A stretch of DNA of 64,000 nucleotides from Myxococcales bacterium (GTDB lineage Bacteria; Myxococcota_A; UBA9042; JABWCM01; BTVJ01), in the NCBI GenBank assembly GCA_045863395.1, contig BTVJ01000028.1, forward strand, positions 1 through 64,000, read 5' to 3'. Position numbers and translations under genes: made by a program. This document shows, in pieces, positions 18,967 to 28,928 of this stretch. Below the pieces are notes generated by a model that saw only the letters and a program-made list of their open reading frames with translations, made no database searches and had not been told where the DNA came from. Position 1 is the first letter of the stretch. Every line of letters starts with the position of its first letter.

Positions 18967-21900
18967 TCAGCTCTTGGGCGCGATGGTCACCTGGGCGCCC
19001 GGCGTCCAGACCTTGTGCTCGTCACCGTAGTAGAGGTAGGCGCGGCTCGCCGGGCCCGTGTACGTGCCGGGGACCGCCGCGAGCAGGCTCACCGGCACCC
19101 GCACGAGGCGCTTCGGGCCCAGATCGCGCCAGTACAAGACCACGTCGCGACCGCGGATCTCGTAGGCGGCGATGCTCCCGGCCTTCACGAGCTCCTTGAG
19201 CTGGTCGTGGCGGGGCTCGAGGCCGCCAGGCAGACCGAGAATCGCCACCGGCGTCGGCACGGCCTCCTCAGTGCGGTTCGTGATGACCGCGACCAGCTCC
19301 GTGACGTCCCCCTCCGTCAGGGTCGTGTCCACGACCTGGGTCTCCAACCCCACCGGGCAGTCCTTCGACGACGCCGGAGACGTGTCCGTCCAGGTCACGG
19401 CGCCGGTCACGGGCATGGCGCCACCACCCTCCATCTCGATCGTCACGCTGTGCTTGCCCGGAGTCATGAGAGGCGCCAGGTCCGGCAGCGCGATGGCCCC
19501 CTTGGTGTCGCCGTCGAAGGGCACCGCCCCGACGAGCGCGCCGTCCACGAGCAGCCGGATGGTGCCCGGAGCCTTGGGCCGAGCCCGCGCCTTGTCGTAC
19601 TCGACGATGGCCTGGAGCGCCAGCACCGTCGACTGGGTGGACCCGTAGCGCCCCCCCTTGCAGGCGTCAGCCAGCCACCGGACCGCCTTCTCGACGTTGT
19701 CCTGGTGGTCGGGGCTGCGCAGCCACGCCATCGTCGCCAGCGCCGTTGCCTCGATGTCCAGGGCGTCACCGCTGCTCCCCACGATGCTGTGGATGGCCCC
19801 GCCGATGGCCCCGTCCGTGCGCTGCGCCTTCACGAGGCGGCCGAGGAGCTCCTTGGCCCCCGCGGCCCGCCCGCCGAGCTGGAGCGCGTTGGCCGTGAGC
19901 CCCCACACGTAGGCGTCCTTGCTGCCGAGCGCCGCGTCCTCCAGGGACAGGAGCTCGTTCTCCAGGCCCTCCTTCCCGCCCGTCGCCACCAGGGCATAGA
20001 CGATGTAGGCGTTGCTCGCGTCCCGGTCCTCGATCCAGGTGTGCAGCGCGCGGCGCTCCCGCTTGAAGCCGCCCTTGCCGTCCCGCTGGCCCAGCAGCCA
20101 CGAGCGGGTGCGCGCCAGCATGTCGCGGTCCACGTCGCGCACGGTCGCCATGTCCGTGAACTCCAGGAGCCCGTACGCGGTCAGCGCCTCGTGGGCGGGG
20201 TCCTCGCCGAACCACTCGTAGCCCTTCTTCTTGCACTCGAAGCCTCGGAGGCGCTCATAGCCCTTGGCGAGCAGGTCCGACGAGCGGGCGATGAGCTTCG
20301 GGTCCACACCGGCGTGCGACGTGAAGTACTGCTGCGCCATCACGAGGGGGTAGGTCGTGGAGCTGGTCTGCTCGAAGCAGCCGTAGGGCTCCTGGATCAG
20401 CCGCTCGAAGGCGCTGGTCAGGCTCGCCAGCGGCGTCGGGTGGACCTCCAGCCTGGCCGTCAGGCTCCCCTTCACGAGGCCGGCCGAGATGGCCACCTCG
20501 CGGGCCACGGGTCTGCCCGGCTCCAGGAGACCACCGAAGCCCACCTCCTGCGGGAAGCCGTTGGCCTCCACCGAGAGCGTGCGCGTCTGGCTGTCGCCAT
20601 ACGAGCCCGCCGTCGCCGCCAGCGCCACGCTCAGCTCACCGATGGGGTGGTCGATCTCGAGGTCCAGGACCCTGCGGACGCCGGCGCGGGCGTCTGCGAC
20701 GAACGCCGCGGTCGGGCCCGCCTTGCCGCCCAAGGTGAGGGCGAGGCTGCCCTCCAGCGGGGCGTCGGTGCCGTTGGTCACGGCGACGGGGAGGCGGACC
20801 GTGTCGCCCTGGGTCACGTGCAGCGGGAGCTTCGGCTCGACGTGGAAGGGCTCCACCGACTCCACGAGCCCCGTCCCCTGCCCGACGGCGCCCTCGCCCG
20901 TGAAACCGTCGGCGAGCACCCGGAAGCCGGTCACGGAGTCGCTCAGCCCGAAGCGCACCGTGGCGGCGCCGGTCTTGGGGTCCGTCCTCACGCCCGCCGC
21001 CCAGTAGAGGGTCTCGGTGAAGTCCGCTCGCTGCCCTGCCTGGCGCCCCGGTCGCACCTGGTGGGCGTACTCCCGCGCCCACGCCTGGCCCCCCCAGCCC
21101 CACGCCTCGTCCCTCGCCTCGGCCTTCATGACCGCGGCGATGCCCTTCCCGGCCGCCCGCTGCCGGGGGCCCATCACCTGCTTCTCTGCGGCCTCGGCCA
21201 TGGGCTCCTCGACGACCTCCGGCTCGGCGGGGCGCGGCGGGTCCGCGTTCGCGAGCACCACCGGCTCGGGCATCGGCTGCGGCGCCACGGCGACGGGGGC
21301 CTCGTCCGGGGGAGGCGCCGCCCCCGCCGGCGGGGCCATGGGGACCGCGCCGAGCCCCCTCACGGCGCCCAGGCCGATCCCGCCGCCCCCACGTCCCGTG
21401 CCCTCGAAGTCCAGGGTCACCGGCTCCACGAGCGCCAGCACGCGGCGCGCCGGGTCCCCGTTGGCCTCGACGAAGGCCTTGGGCGTCACGAAGGCAAACC
21501 GGCGCCAGCCCTGGGTCCCGAGCAGCAGGTCCACGGCCTCGTCCGCCTCCGGGTTGGCCGGGTCCAGGTAGACGTGGGCGTCGGTGAGCTCACGCACCTC
21601 CGTCTCCAGAAAGACCATCGCCGGCAGGCGCGGCGCCTGGTCGCGCTTGTCGATGAGCTCCAGCACCGTGTCGTCGGTGACCGTCAGCCCGACCAGCGCC
21701 TCGACGGGCTTGCCGCCGGCCGTTGCGGTGACCGTCAGCTCCACCTCGTCGCCGGGGACGTAGCGCTCCTTGTCCGTCTTGACCGCGATGGCGAGCGGCG
21801 TCGCGGGCTTGCGGAACACGAGCCGCTCCGCGAGGGGGCGGCCGTTCGCGTCCCAGGCAGTGGCGACGAGCACGCCACTCGCGGCGCCGGCCTCCAGGGC

Positions 21901-23073
21901 CACGGGGACAACCTGCCCCGCCCCCAGGGTCACGGTCTGGCGGGACAGCTCCCGCTCCTTCTGCGACAGCGTGACCAGGACGGCGCCCTTGGCCGTGGCG
22001 CCGACCTCCAGCTCCACCTTGGCGCCCGGGGCGGTCACCTGCCGCACGGCGCGGAGGACGGCGCCGGCTGCCTTCACGTCCGGAAGCGCCCACGTCTTCT
22101 TGATGCCCGCGGGCCGGACTACCTGGACCTCGTAGCCCTCCCCCGGGGCGGGGACCATGCCGAACACGCCGCGCCCGTCGTGGCCCGACTGGAAGCGGGC
22201 GACCTCCCGCCCGGCCGCGTCCACGACGATCCCGTCCATGTCCGCGGGCTTCCCGTTGGGCTGGCGCCCCTCGAAGTACACGCGGCAGGGCAGGCCCCCG
22301 ACCAGGTCGCCGCCCTCGGGGAAGAGCTGCAGATCGACGGTCTGCACGAGGATCGGCAGGGTCTTGGTCGCCGTCTCCACGACGCCGCCGTCCGTGACGG
22401 TCATGGCCAGGGTGCCCTCGCCCCGATCGATGGACTTCGGGAGCGCGAACGAGGCGTCCACGTTGCCGCTTGCGTCGACCTTGGCGCTCCCCCGGTAGAC
22501 CTCCGCGCCGTCCACCCGCGCCACGACCTGGACCGGGGCACCCGCCGGCGCGCCCCCCTCCGGGCGCTCCACGTGCAGGGTCGCCTTGACGGTCTCACCG
22601 GGCCCGTAGCCGTCCTTGACGAAGACGATCTGGGTCTTGAGGCGCGGCGCCCGATAGGCGCGCACGTCGAAGGTGCGCTCGGCCGGAGCCCACCCGCTCT
22701 GCTGCCACTTGATGACCAGCGTGTGCTCACCCCCGGCCTGCCCCGCCGGGACGACCCACTGGAACGTGGCGATGGAGTCCTGCGTCTGCCCCGTGCCGCT
22801 GGCGATGACGTCGCCCTTCGGCCCCTGCACCTCGAACCACGCCCAAGGAGGGGCCGGCTGAGACACGGGCTTGTGGTCATGGGCGCCGAGCACCACCGCC
22901 CGGACGTAGACCGTCTCGCCGGCCCGGTAGACCGGCTTGTCCGTGCTCAGGTGGGTCAGATACCGCTCGGCGCCCCCCAGCTCGGCGCTCGGGTCTCCAG
23001 CCGACTGGGAGAGGGCTACGCCCGCGGCCCCCGCGAGCAGCAACGCCGCCAGGGCCATGCTCAGCTTCTTCAT
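18967..23073 (-). CDS. Alpha-2-macroglobulin family protein with thioester motif
   Basis: Signal peptide; MG motifs TDKPVYRAGETV, FPEGGDLV, TDKERYVPGDEV; RADFTETLYW; PYGCFEQTSS (CxEQ); STQSTVLALQA; AAGGAGG RBS. Confidence 0.92.
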   Translation of the reverse strand: MKKLSMALAALLLAGAAGVALSQSAGDPSAELGGAERYLTHLSTDKPVYRAGETVYVRAVVLGAHDHKPVSQPAPPWAWFEVQGPKGDVIASGTGQTQDSIATFQWVVPAGQAGGEHTLVIKWQQSGWAPAERTFDVRAYRAPRLKTQIVFVKDGYGPGETVKATLHVERPEGGAPAGAPVQVVARVDGAEVYRGSAKVDASGNVDASFALPKSIDRGEGTLAMTVTDGGVVETATKTLPILVQTVDLQLFPEGGDLVGGLPCRVYFEGRQPNGKPADMDGIVVDAAGREVARFQSGHDGRGVFGMVPAPGEGYEVQVVRPAGIKKTWALPDVKAAGAVLRAVRQVTAPGAKVELEVGATAKGAVLVTLSQKERELSRQTVTLGAGQVVPVALEAGAASGVLVATAWDANGRPLAERLVFRKPATPLAIAVKTDKERYVPGDEVELTVTATAGGKPVEALVGLTVTDDTVLELIDKRDQAPRLPAMVFLETEVRELTDAHVYLDPANPEADEAVDLLLGTQGWRRFAFVTPKAFVEANGDPARRVLALVEPVTLDFEGTGRGGGGIGLGAVRGLGAVPMAPPAGAAPPPDEAPVAVAPQPMPEPVVLANADPPRPAEPEVVEEPMAEAAEKQVMGPRQRAAGKGIAAVMKAEARDEAWGWGGQAWAREYAHQVRPGRQAGQRADFTETLYWAAGVRTDPKTGAATVRFGLSDSVTGFRVLADGFTGEGAVGQGTGLVESVEPFHVEPKLPLHVTQGDTVRLPVAVTNGTDAPLEGSLALTLGGKAGPTAAFVADARAGVRRVLDLEIDHPIGELSVALAATAGSYGDSQTRTLSVEANGFPQEVGFGGLLEPGRPVAREVAISAGLVKGSLTARLEVHPTPLASLTSAFERLIQEPYGCFEQTSSTTYPLVMAQQYFTSHAGVDPKLIARSSDLLAKGYERLRGFECKKKGYEWFGEDPAHEALTAYGLLEFTDMATVRDVDRDMLARTRSWLLGQRDGKGGFKRERRALHTWIEDRDASNAYIVYALVATGGKEGLENELLSLEDAALGSKDAYVWGLTANALQLGGRAAGAKELLGRLVKAQRTDGAIGGAIHSIVGSSGDALDIEATALATMAWLRSPDHQDNVEKAVRWLADACKGGRYGSTQSTVLALQAIVEYDKARARPKAPGTIRLLVDGALVGAVPFDGDTKGAIALPDLAPLMTPGKHSVTIEMEGGGAMPVTGAVTWTDTSPASSKDCPVGLETQVVDTTLTEGDVTELVAVITNRTEEAVPTPVAILGLPGGLEPRHDQLKELVKAGSIAAYEIRGRDVVLYWRDLGPKRLVRVPVSLLAAVPGTYTGPASRAYLYYGDEHKVWTPGAQVTIAPKS

Positions 23074-23195
23074 CGAGTTCCTCCTTCAGTCCAAGGACAC
23101 GGCGCCATCAACGCACGGTTGGCGCCTTCCGGTCTACCCCTTCTCGCGCGGCTCGGATGGGAGTAGGCTCAACCCATCTGACATGGAGGCACACC

Positions 23196-26100
23196 ATGCG
23201 TACCGTCCTTGCGGTCGTTGTGGCGCTCACCCTTGCTGCGTCGACCGCAGCCGCCGATCTGCCGCGGAGCGTGAACGTCCAGGCCCTCGTCCTGACCAGC
23301 GGAGGGACGCCCGCGTCGGGCACCTTCGCCATGGACTTCGGCCTGTACCCGACGCCGACTGGGGGGACGGCGCTCTGGTCCCAGTCCTTCGCGGAGGTGA
23401 CCGTCGCCGCGGGCTTCGCGGACGTGGTGCTGGGACCCATCACGGAGGGGGTGCTGGAGACGCAGGCCACGCTGTGGCTGGGGGCGGTCGTAGAGGGTGA
23501 GCCGCTCCCACGGCAGCGGCTCCTGCCGTCGGCCTGGGCGCTGGTGGCGCAGCGGGCGGTGGTCGCAGGAACCGCGGAGGACCTCCAGTGCTCGGGGTGC
23601 ATCTCTGCCAGCGAGGTGGACTTCCCCTTCGCGAGCTCGGCTTCAAAGGGTGGCGCTGCGTTGGATCTTGCGTGCTCAGGCTGCGTAGGATCGACGGATC
23701 TCGCCACAAACGCCGTTGGATCGTCCCACATCCAGGATGGGTCCGTCGGCGTGACCGACGTGAGCTTCCCCTACGCCGGGTCCGTTACGAAAGGCGGGGC
23801 CGCCCTGGACCTGGCCTGCGCCGGCTGCGTGGGCACTGCCGATCTGGCGGCCAACCTGACGCTCAACGGCGACGTGACGGTCACGGGGAGCCTCCAGGCC
23901 TGCTCCCTGGGCCAGAGCGGGTGCGCCCTGCGGACCGGGGCGGCGGCCCTTCGCGACGTGGACGGCTGGCTCGTGTCGCAGACGTCGTCCGGGCTCCGGC
24001 TGCGCAGCTCCGACAACGGCGCCTGGCGGCCCCTGGAGGCCGGCGCCGCGACCCTGCACGGCGCCGTGGCCGTCGACCCCGGAGGCCTGACGGTGAGCGG
24101 GGACGTGGGGGTAGGCACCCAGAGCCCGCAGGCGAAGCTGCACGTGGTGGGGGACACGCTGCTCGGCGGCGCCGTCGCGGTCTCCGGCAGCATCACCGGC
24201 TCGGGCGCCCTGGAGCTGTCGGGGCTGATCAAGACGCAGGGCTCCGTCCAGCTCGGCAACGACGCGGCGACCTGCACCGGCGCCAAGGCGGGAGCGCTGC
24301 GGTGGACCGGCTCCGCGCTCCAGGTCTGCAACGGCACCGGCTGGGTCGCCGTGGGATCCGGTGGCAGCGGCGGAGGCGGCAACGACGGCAGCGCCCAGAG
24401 CAAGGCCGCGCAGAGCTGCCTGGCCATCGTGGAGGCGGGTGGCGCCCAGGGCAACGGCTTTTACTGGATCGATCCGGACGGGGGCGCCACCGACAACGCA
24501 TTCCAGGCCTTCTGCGACATGACCACCGACGGCGGGGGCTGGACCCGCGTGCTCAACGCCGTTCCGGTGACCAACTGGAGCACGGTGCGCGTGAACCAGG
24601 CGTCCGTGCTCGCCGGGACGTCGGACCACGCGGGCACCGACAGCCTGAACGGCTGGATCGGCCTCGCCCAGTGGCCCCTGCTCGGGGACGAGCTGCGCCA
24701 GGTCTGCACCGGCGGGCCGGCCGGCAGCCAGGATCTGACAGCCGCGTTCTCACTGAACGCGGCGGCCAACTACCAGATCCAGTGGGACATCGGCGGCAAC
24801 TGGGCGCCCTGGCACAACGGGCGCCAGCTCTCGACCACCGACTTCGACCGGGACTCCTGGAGCGGCGCCTGCGTGAACTACGGCGGCCACGAATCCTCGG
24901 GCTGGGGCTGGCACTACACCTGCCACATGGGGTCGGCGTGGTTCGGCAGCAACGGCATGCCCATCTGCCACGTGGTGCCCGGCGCGACCTACAGCGGCAG
25001 CGGCGCCGAGTCGCTCCACACACAGTGGTATCTGCGCAAATACAAGCCCTCGGCGGGCCCGAAGGACGGCTCCACGAAGGCTCGGGCGGCCAAGGACTGC
25101 ATGGCGATCCTGGCGGGGGGGTTCTCCAACGGCAACGGCAACTACTGGATCGACCCGGACGGGGAGCCATCGAGCAACGCGTTCCTGGCGACCTGCGACA
25201 TGACGACGGACGGCGGCGGCTGGACCCGGGTGCTCAACGCGGTGCCGGTGACCGACTGGGGCTGCTGCCGTGTGAACCAGGCGACGGTGCTGGGGGGAAA
25301 CGGCCAGAACGCCACCAGCATCACGACCAACGGGTGGGTGGGTCTCAAGAACTGGCCGCTCATCGGAGACGAGCTGCGCCAGGTGTGCACGGGCGGGAGC
25401 GCCGGCAACCAGAGCAAGTCGGCGCCGTTCTCTCTCAACGTCGGCAACAACTACGCCATCCAGTGGGGCATCGGGGGCAACTGGGCGGCCTGGCACAATG
25501 GGCGTCAGCTCTCCACCACCGACTTCGACCGGGACTCATGGAGCGGCGAGTGCGTCCACTACACCGGCCACGAGTCGTCCGGCTGGGGGTGGCACTACAC
25601 GTGCCATTTCGGGTCGGCGTGGTTCGGCAGCAACGGCATGCCCATCTGCCACGTGGCGCCGGGCGCCACCTACAGCGGCTCCGGGGCCGAGGCGGCGCGG
25701 GTCGAGTGGTGGCTCCGCTCCTTCCCCACGGCGGCGGACGACAAGGACGGCACCACCCAGGCCAAGGCGGGCAAGAGCTGCCAGACCATCCTGCAAGGGG
25801 GTTTCTCCACCGGAGACAAGCTGTACTGGATCGACCCCAACGAGGGCTCGGCGGTGGACGCCTTCCAGGCGTGGTGCGACATGACCACCGACGGGGGCGG
25901 GTGGACGCGGGTGCTCAACGCCGTGCCCGTCACGGACTGGAGCTGCTGCCGTGTGAACCAGCAGACGGTGCTCGCCGGCTCGAACCCCGGCTCGTCGACC
26001 CTCAACGGGTGGGTGGGGCTCCAGCACTGGCCGTCCCTCGGGAGCACCTTGCGGCAGAAGTGCACGGGCGGGACCGCCGGCAGCCAGCAGAAGGCCGCGA

Positions 26101-26399
26101 CCTTCTCTGTCAATGCCGCGTCCAACTGGCAGATCTTCTGGGACATCGGAGGAAACTGGGCGTCGTGGCACAACGGGCGGCAGCTCTCCACCACGGACTT
26201 CGACCGGGACCTGTGGAGCGGCGAGTGCGTCCACTACACGGGCCACGAGTCGTCGGGCTGGGGGTGGCACTACACCTGCCACATGGGCTCGGCGTGGTTC
26301 GGCAGCAACGGCATGCCGATCTGTCACGTGGCGCCAGGGGCGACCTACAGCGGGTCCGGGGCGGAGTCGGCGCGGACCGAGTGGTATCTGCGGTTCTGA
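23196..26399 (+). CDS. Secreted fibre-like protein with three fibrinogen-like (YCDxxxxGGGW-type) domains
   Basis: GGAGG RBS and signal peptide; three repeats of YWIDP...CDMTTDGGGWTRV...WHNGRQLSTTDFDRD..C..GWGWHYTCH; Gly-rich stalk with VGVGT..P.AKLHV. Confidence 0.85.
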   Translation: MRTVLAVVVALTLAASTAAADLPRSVNVQALVLTSGGTPASGTFAMDFGLYPTPTGGTALWSQSFAEVTVAAGFADVVLGPITEGVLETQATLWLGAVVEGEPLPRQRLLPSAWALVAQRAVVAGTAEDLQCSGCISASEVDFPFASSASKGGAALDLACSGCVGSTDLATNAVGSSHIQDGSVGVTDVSFPYAGSVTKGGAALDLACAGCVGTADLAANLTLNGDVTVTGSLQACSLGQSGCALRTGAAALRDVDGWLVSQTSSGLRLRSSDNGAWRPLEAGAATLHGAVAVDPGGLTVSGDVGVGTQSPQAKLHVVGDTLLGGAVAVSGSITGSGALELSGLIKTQGSVQLGNDAATCTGAKAGALRWTGSALQVCNGTGWVAVGSGGSGGGGNDGSAQSKAAQSCLAIVEAGGAQGNGFYWIDPDGGATDNAFQAFCDMTTDGGGWTRVLNAVPVTNWSTVRVNQASVLAGTSDHAGTDSLNGWIGLAQWPLLGDELRQVCTGGPAGSQDLTAAFSLNAAANYQIQWDIGGNWAPWHNGRQLSTTDFDRDSWSGACVNYGGHESSGWGWHYTCHMGSAWFGSNGMPICHVVPGATYSGSGAESLHTQWYLRKYKPSAGPKDGSTKARAAKDCMAILAGGFSNGNGNYWIDPDGEPSSNAFLATCDMTTDGGGWTRVLNAVPVTDWGCCRVNQATVLGGNGQNATSITTNGWVGLKNWPLIGDELRQVCTGGSAGNQSKSAPFSLNVGNNYAIQWGIGGNWAAWHNGRQLSTTDFDRDSWSGECVHYTGHESSGWGWHYTCHFGSAWFGSNGMPICHVAPGATYSGSGAEAARVEWWLRSFPTAADDKDGTTQAKAGKSCQTILQGGFSTGDKLYWIDPNEGSAVDAFQAWCDMTTDGGGWTRVLNAVPVTDWSCCRVNQQTVLAGSNPGSSTLNGWVGLQHWPSLGSTLRQKCTGGTAGSQQKAATFSVNAASNWQIFWDIGGNWASWHNGRQLSTTDFDRDLWSGECVHYTGHESSGWGWHYTCHMGSAWFGSNGMPICHVAPGATYSGSGAESARTEWYLRF

Positions 26400-26441
26400 G
26401 AGGGGCTGCCACGTGGGGGCGGCGTAGTCTGGAGAGAGACG

Positions 26442-28928
26442 ATGAGCGGAGATCTCTGGCGGTGGGTGGTGGTTCTGGCGCTCTGCGGCGGGTGTGCCGC
26501 GGGAGACGCCGCGGGTCCGGCGGGCGAGCCGGCGGATGGCGCAGCCGTGGACGCGACAGGCGCGGACGACTCAGGGGGCGATTCGAACCAGGCGGAGGAC
26601 TCCGTCGCTCCCGACAGCGGAGCACCGGACTCTGGCGACGACGAGGACACCAGCGTACCCGCCGACTCCCAGACAGCCTCCGACGGGACAGCAGACTCCA
26701 GTACCGCCACGGACTCGGGCGCAGACTCGGGCACAGACTCGGGCGCAGACTCGGGCGCAGACTCGGGCGCAGACTCGGGAGACTCGCTCGGACCGGACTC
26801 CTGCGCGCCGACAGACTGCGACGACGGGGATCCCTGCACGGTGGATGAGTGTCTGAGCGGGTCCTGCGCATGGACCGCGGTCGTCTGCGACGACGGAGAC
26901 CCATGCACCGTGGACGCGTGCGGCGCTGGCGGCTGCGCGTTCACGCCAGTCCCCTGTGAGGACGGCGACCCCTGCACCGACGACGCCTGCGGGCCGGGCG
27001 GCTGCACCTTCGCGCCCGTGCCGTGCGACGACGGCAACCCCTGCACGGCGGACTCCTGCGGCGCCGGCGGATGCACCCACGAGGCGGCGACCTGCGAGGA
27101 CGGCAGCGCCTGCACCGTGGACGCCTGCGGCCCGGCGGGCTGCACGTTCACGCCGCTGGGGTGTGACGACGGGGACCCCTGCACGGCGGACGCGTGCGCG
27201 CCGGCGACGGGCTGCGCCCACGCGCCAGTCTCCTGCGACGACGGCAACCCCTGCACCGACGAGTGGTGCGACACCGACGGGTGCGCATACGCCGCGGTCT
27301 CCTGCGACGACGCGGACCCGTGCACGGTCGACTCGTGCGCTGTCTCTGGCGGCGCGGCGGTCTGCGCCCACTCCGCCGCGCCCTGCGACGACGACGACCC
27401 TTGCACGGCGGACTCCTGTCTCCCCGGCTCCGGCGCCTGCGATCACACCACCCTGGACCCGTGCGTCCCGTGTGTGATCACCTCAGACTGCAACGACGGA
27501 GACCCCTGCACCGACGACGCGTGCGTCCTGGGGACGGGACTCTGCTCCCATCTGCCCTCCGTCTGCGACGACCTCAACCCTTGCACCGTGGACTCCTGCG
27601 GGCCCGGGGGGTGTCTCTCGAAGCCCGCAGACTGCGACGACGGCAACCCCTGTACGGCGGACGGCTGCGGCGCCCAGGGCTGCTGGAGCACCGCCCTCCC
27701 CTGCGACGATCAGGACGCCTGCACCGCCGACTCCTGCGACCCGACGGCGGGGACGTGCGTCCACGCGGCGCTCGGCTGTGACGACGGGGACGCCTGCACG
27801 GCGGACCTCTGCCTGCCATGGGCGGGCTGCTCCCACACGGTCAAGGACTGCGAGGACTTCGACGGCTGCACCGTGGACTCCTGCGCCGGGGGCGTCTGCA
27901 CCCACGCCCCGAAGAGCTGCGACGACGGGAGCGTGTGCACCCAGGACGCCTGCGTGCCGGGCACGGGGTGCGTCCATGTCCCCGACCCGTGCCAGGACGA
28001 CGACCTGTGCACCAACCAGGCATGTGACCCACAAGGGGGCTGCCTGTACGGTCCCGTGAGCTGCGACGACGGGGTTGCCTGCACCGTCGACGCCTGCGTG
28101 AAGGGTAACGGGTGCCAATACGTGGACGACTGCGCCGACGCGGATCCCTGCACCCTCGACGTCTGCTCCCCGGCGGACGGCGCTTGCGTCCACCTCCCTC
28201 TGTCAGACTGCCCCTACTGCACGGGAGACGCCGCGTGCGACGACGGCGACGCCTGCACGACCGACTGGTGCGATCCGATCACGCTCACGTGTCACAACGA
28301 CCCGCCCGTGTGCGCTCCTGGTGCGGCCTGCGCCGTGGCGACCTGCGATCCGGCGACGGGGGCCTGCGCCACGGCCCCGCTGGAGTGCGACGACGGCGTC
28401 CCCTGCACCCTCGACGGGTGCGACCCTGCGGTGGGCACGTGCGTCCACCCCCAGAAGCCCTGTGGGGACGGGGACCCGTGCACGACGGACGACTGCGACC
28501 CCGCGACGGGCGGGTGCGTCCACGGCGAGGTCCCGGGCTGCGCCGGCTGCCTGGCGGATGGCAAGGAGTGCGAGGATGACGACCTCTGCACCATCGACAT
28601 CTGCGACGTGGCGGACGGCACCTGCGTGCATCTCGTGGGCGGCTGCAACGACGGCGACCCCTGCACCTCCGATGCGTGCAGCGCGCTGGGGGTCTGCGCA
28701 CACGCTCCCGTCACTCCGTGCCTCGGGTGCGCGGGCGCGGCGGCCTGTGACGACGACGACCCCTGCACGGACGACGCCTGCCTCCCGAGCGGGCTCTGCA
28801 CCCACGAGCAGCGCCCTGACTGCGTCCCCTGCGCGGCCCTCTGCTTCCCCCCGGACACCTGCACCGACGCGTGGTGCGACCTCACGACCCTCGAGTGCGT
28901 GTACGACGACACAGGATGTGTGCCGTAG
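26442..28928 (+). CDS. Cys-rich CTDC-repeat lipoprotein
   Basis: Signal peptide ending LCGGC; Asp/Ser linker; many CDDGDPCTxDxC modules; no catalytic domain seen. Confidence 0.85.
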   Translation: MSGDLWRWVVVLALCGGCAAGDAAGPAGEPADGAAVDATGADDSGGDSNQAEDSVAPDSGAPDSGDDEDTSVPADSQTASDGTADSSTATDSGADSGTDSGADSGADSGADSGDSLGPDSCAPTDCDDGDPCTVDECLSGSCAWTAVVCDDGDPCTVDACGAGGCAFTPVPCEDGDPCTDDACGPGGCTFAPVPCDDGNPCTADSCGAGGCTHEAATCEDGSACTVDACGPAGCTFTPLGCDDGDPCTADACAPATGCAHAPVSCDDGNPCTDEWCDTDGCAYAAVSCDDADPCTVDSCAVSGGAAVCAHSAAPCDDDDPCTADSCLPGSGACDHTTLDPCVPCVITSDCNDGDPCTDDACVLGTGLCSHLPSVCDDLNPCTVDSCGPGGCLSKPADCDDGNPCTADGCGAQGCWSTALPCDDQDACTADSCDPTAGTCVHAALGCDDGDACTADLCLPWAGCSHTVKDCEDFDGCTVDSCAGGVCTHAPKSCDDGSVCTQDACVPGTGCVHVPDPCQDDDLCTNQACDPQGGCLYGPVSCDDGVACTVDACVKGNGCQYVDDCADADPCTLDVCSPADGACVHLPLSDCPYCTGDAACDDGDACTTDWCDPITLTCHNDPPVCAPGAACAVATCDPATGACATAPLECDDGVPCTLDGCDPAVGTCVHPQKPCGDGDPCTTDDCDPATGGCVHGEVPGCAGCLADGKECEDDDLCTIDICDVADGTCVHLVGGCNDGDPCTSDACSALGVCAHAPVTPCLGCAGAAACDDDDPCTDDACLPSGLCTHEQRPDCVPCAALCFPPDTCTDAWCDLTTLECVYDDTGCVP
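26712..26780 (+). repeat. 12-bp tandem repeat GACTCGGGC(G/A)CA, five copies plus a partial, encoding (DSGA/T)n
   Basis: Read directly from the sequence. Confidence 0.9.

Noticed and set aside
19015..23166. 1383-aa plus-strand ORF and similar long ORFs (12037-15417, 23588-26848, 46852-52050)
   Set aside because: Antisense or off-frame shadows of well-supported genes; stop codons are rare at this GC content and the translations have no motifs.
24380..26399. Diversity-generating retroelement (repeated lectin-domain DNA)
   Set aside because: All copies are in-frame coding, differences are mostly synonymous and not adenine-specific, and no reverse transcriptase is present in the window.
26712..26780. 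CRISPR-like repeat
   Set aside because: Contiguous 12-bp units with no spacers, inside a coding linker; no cas genes.
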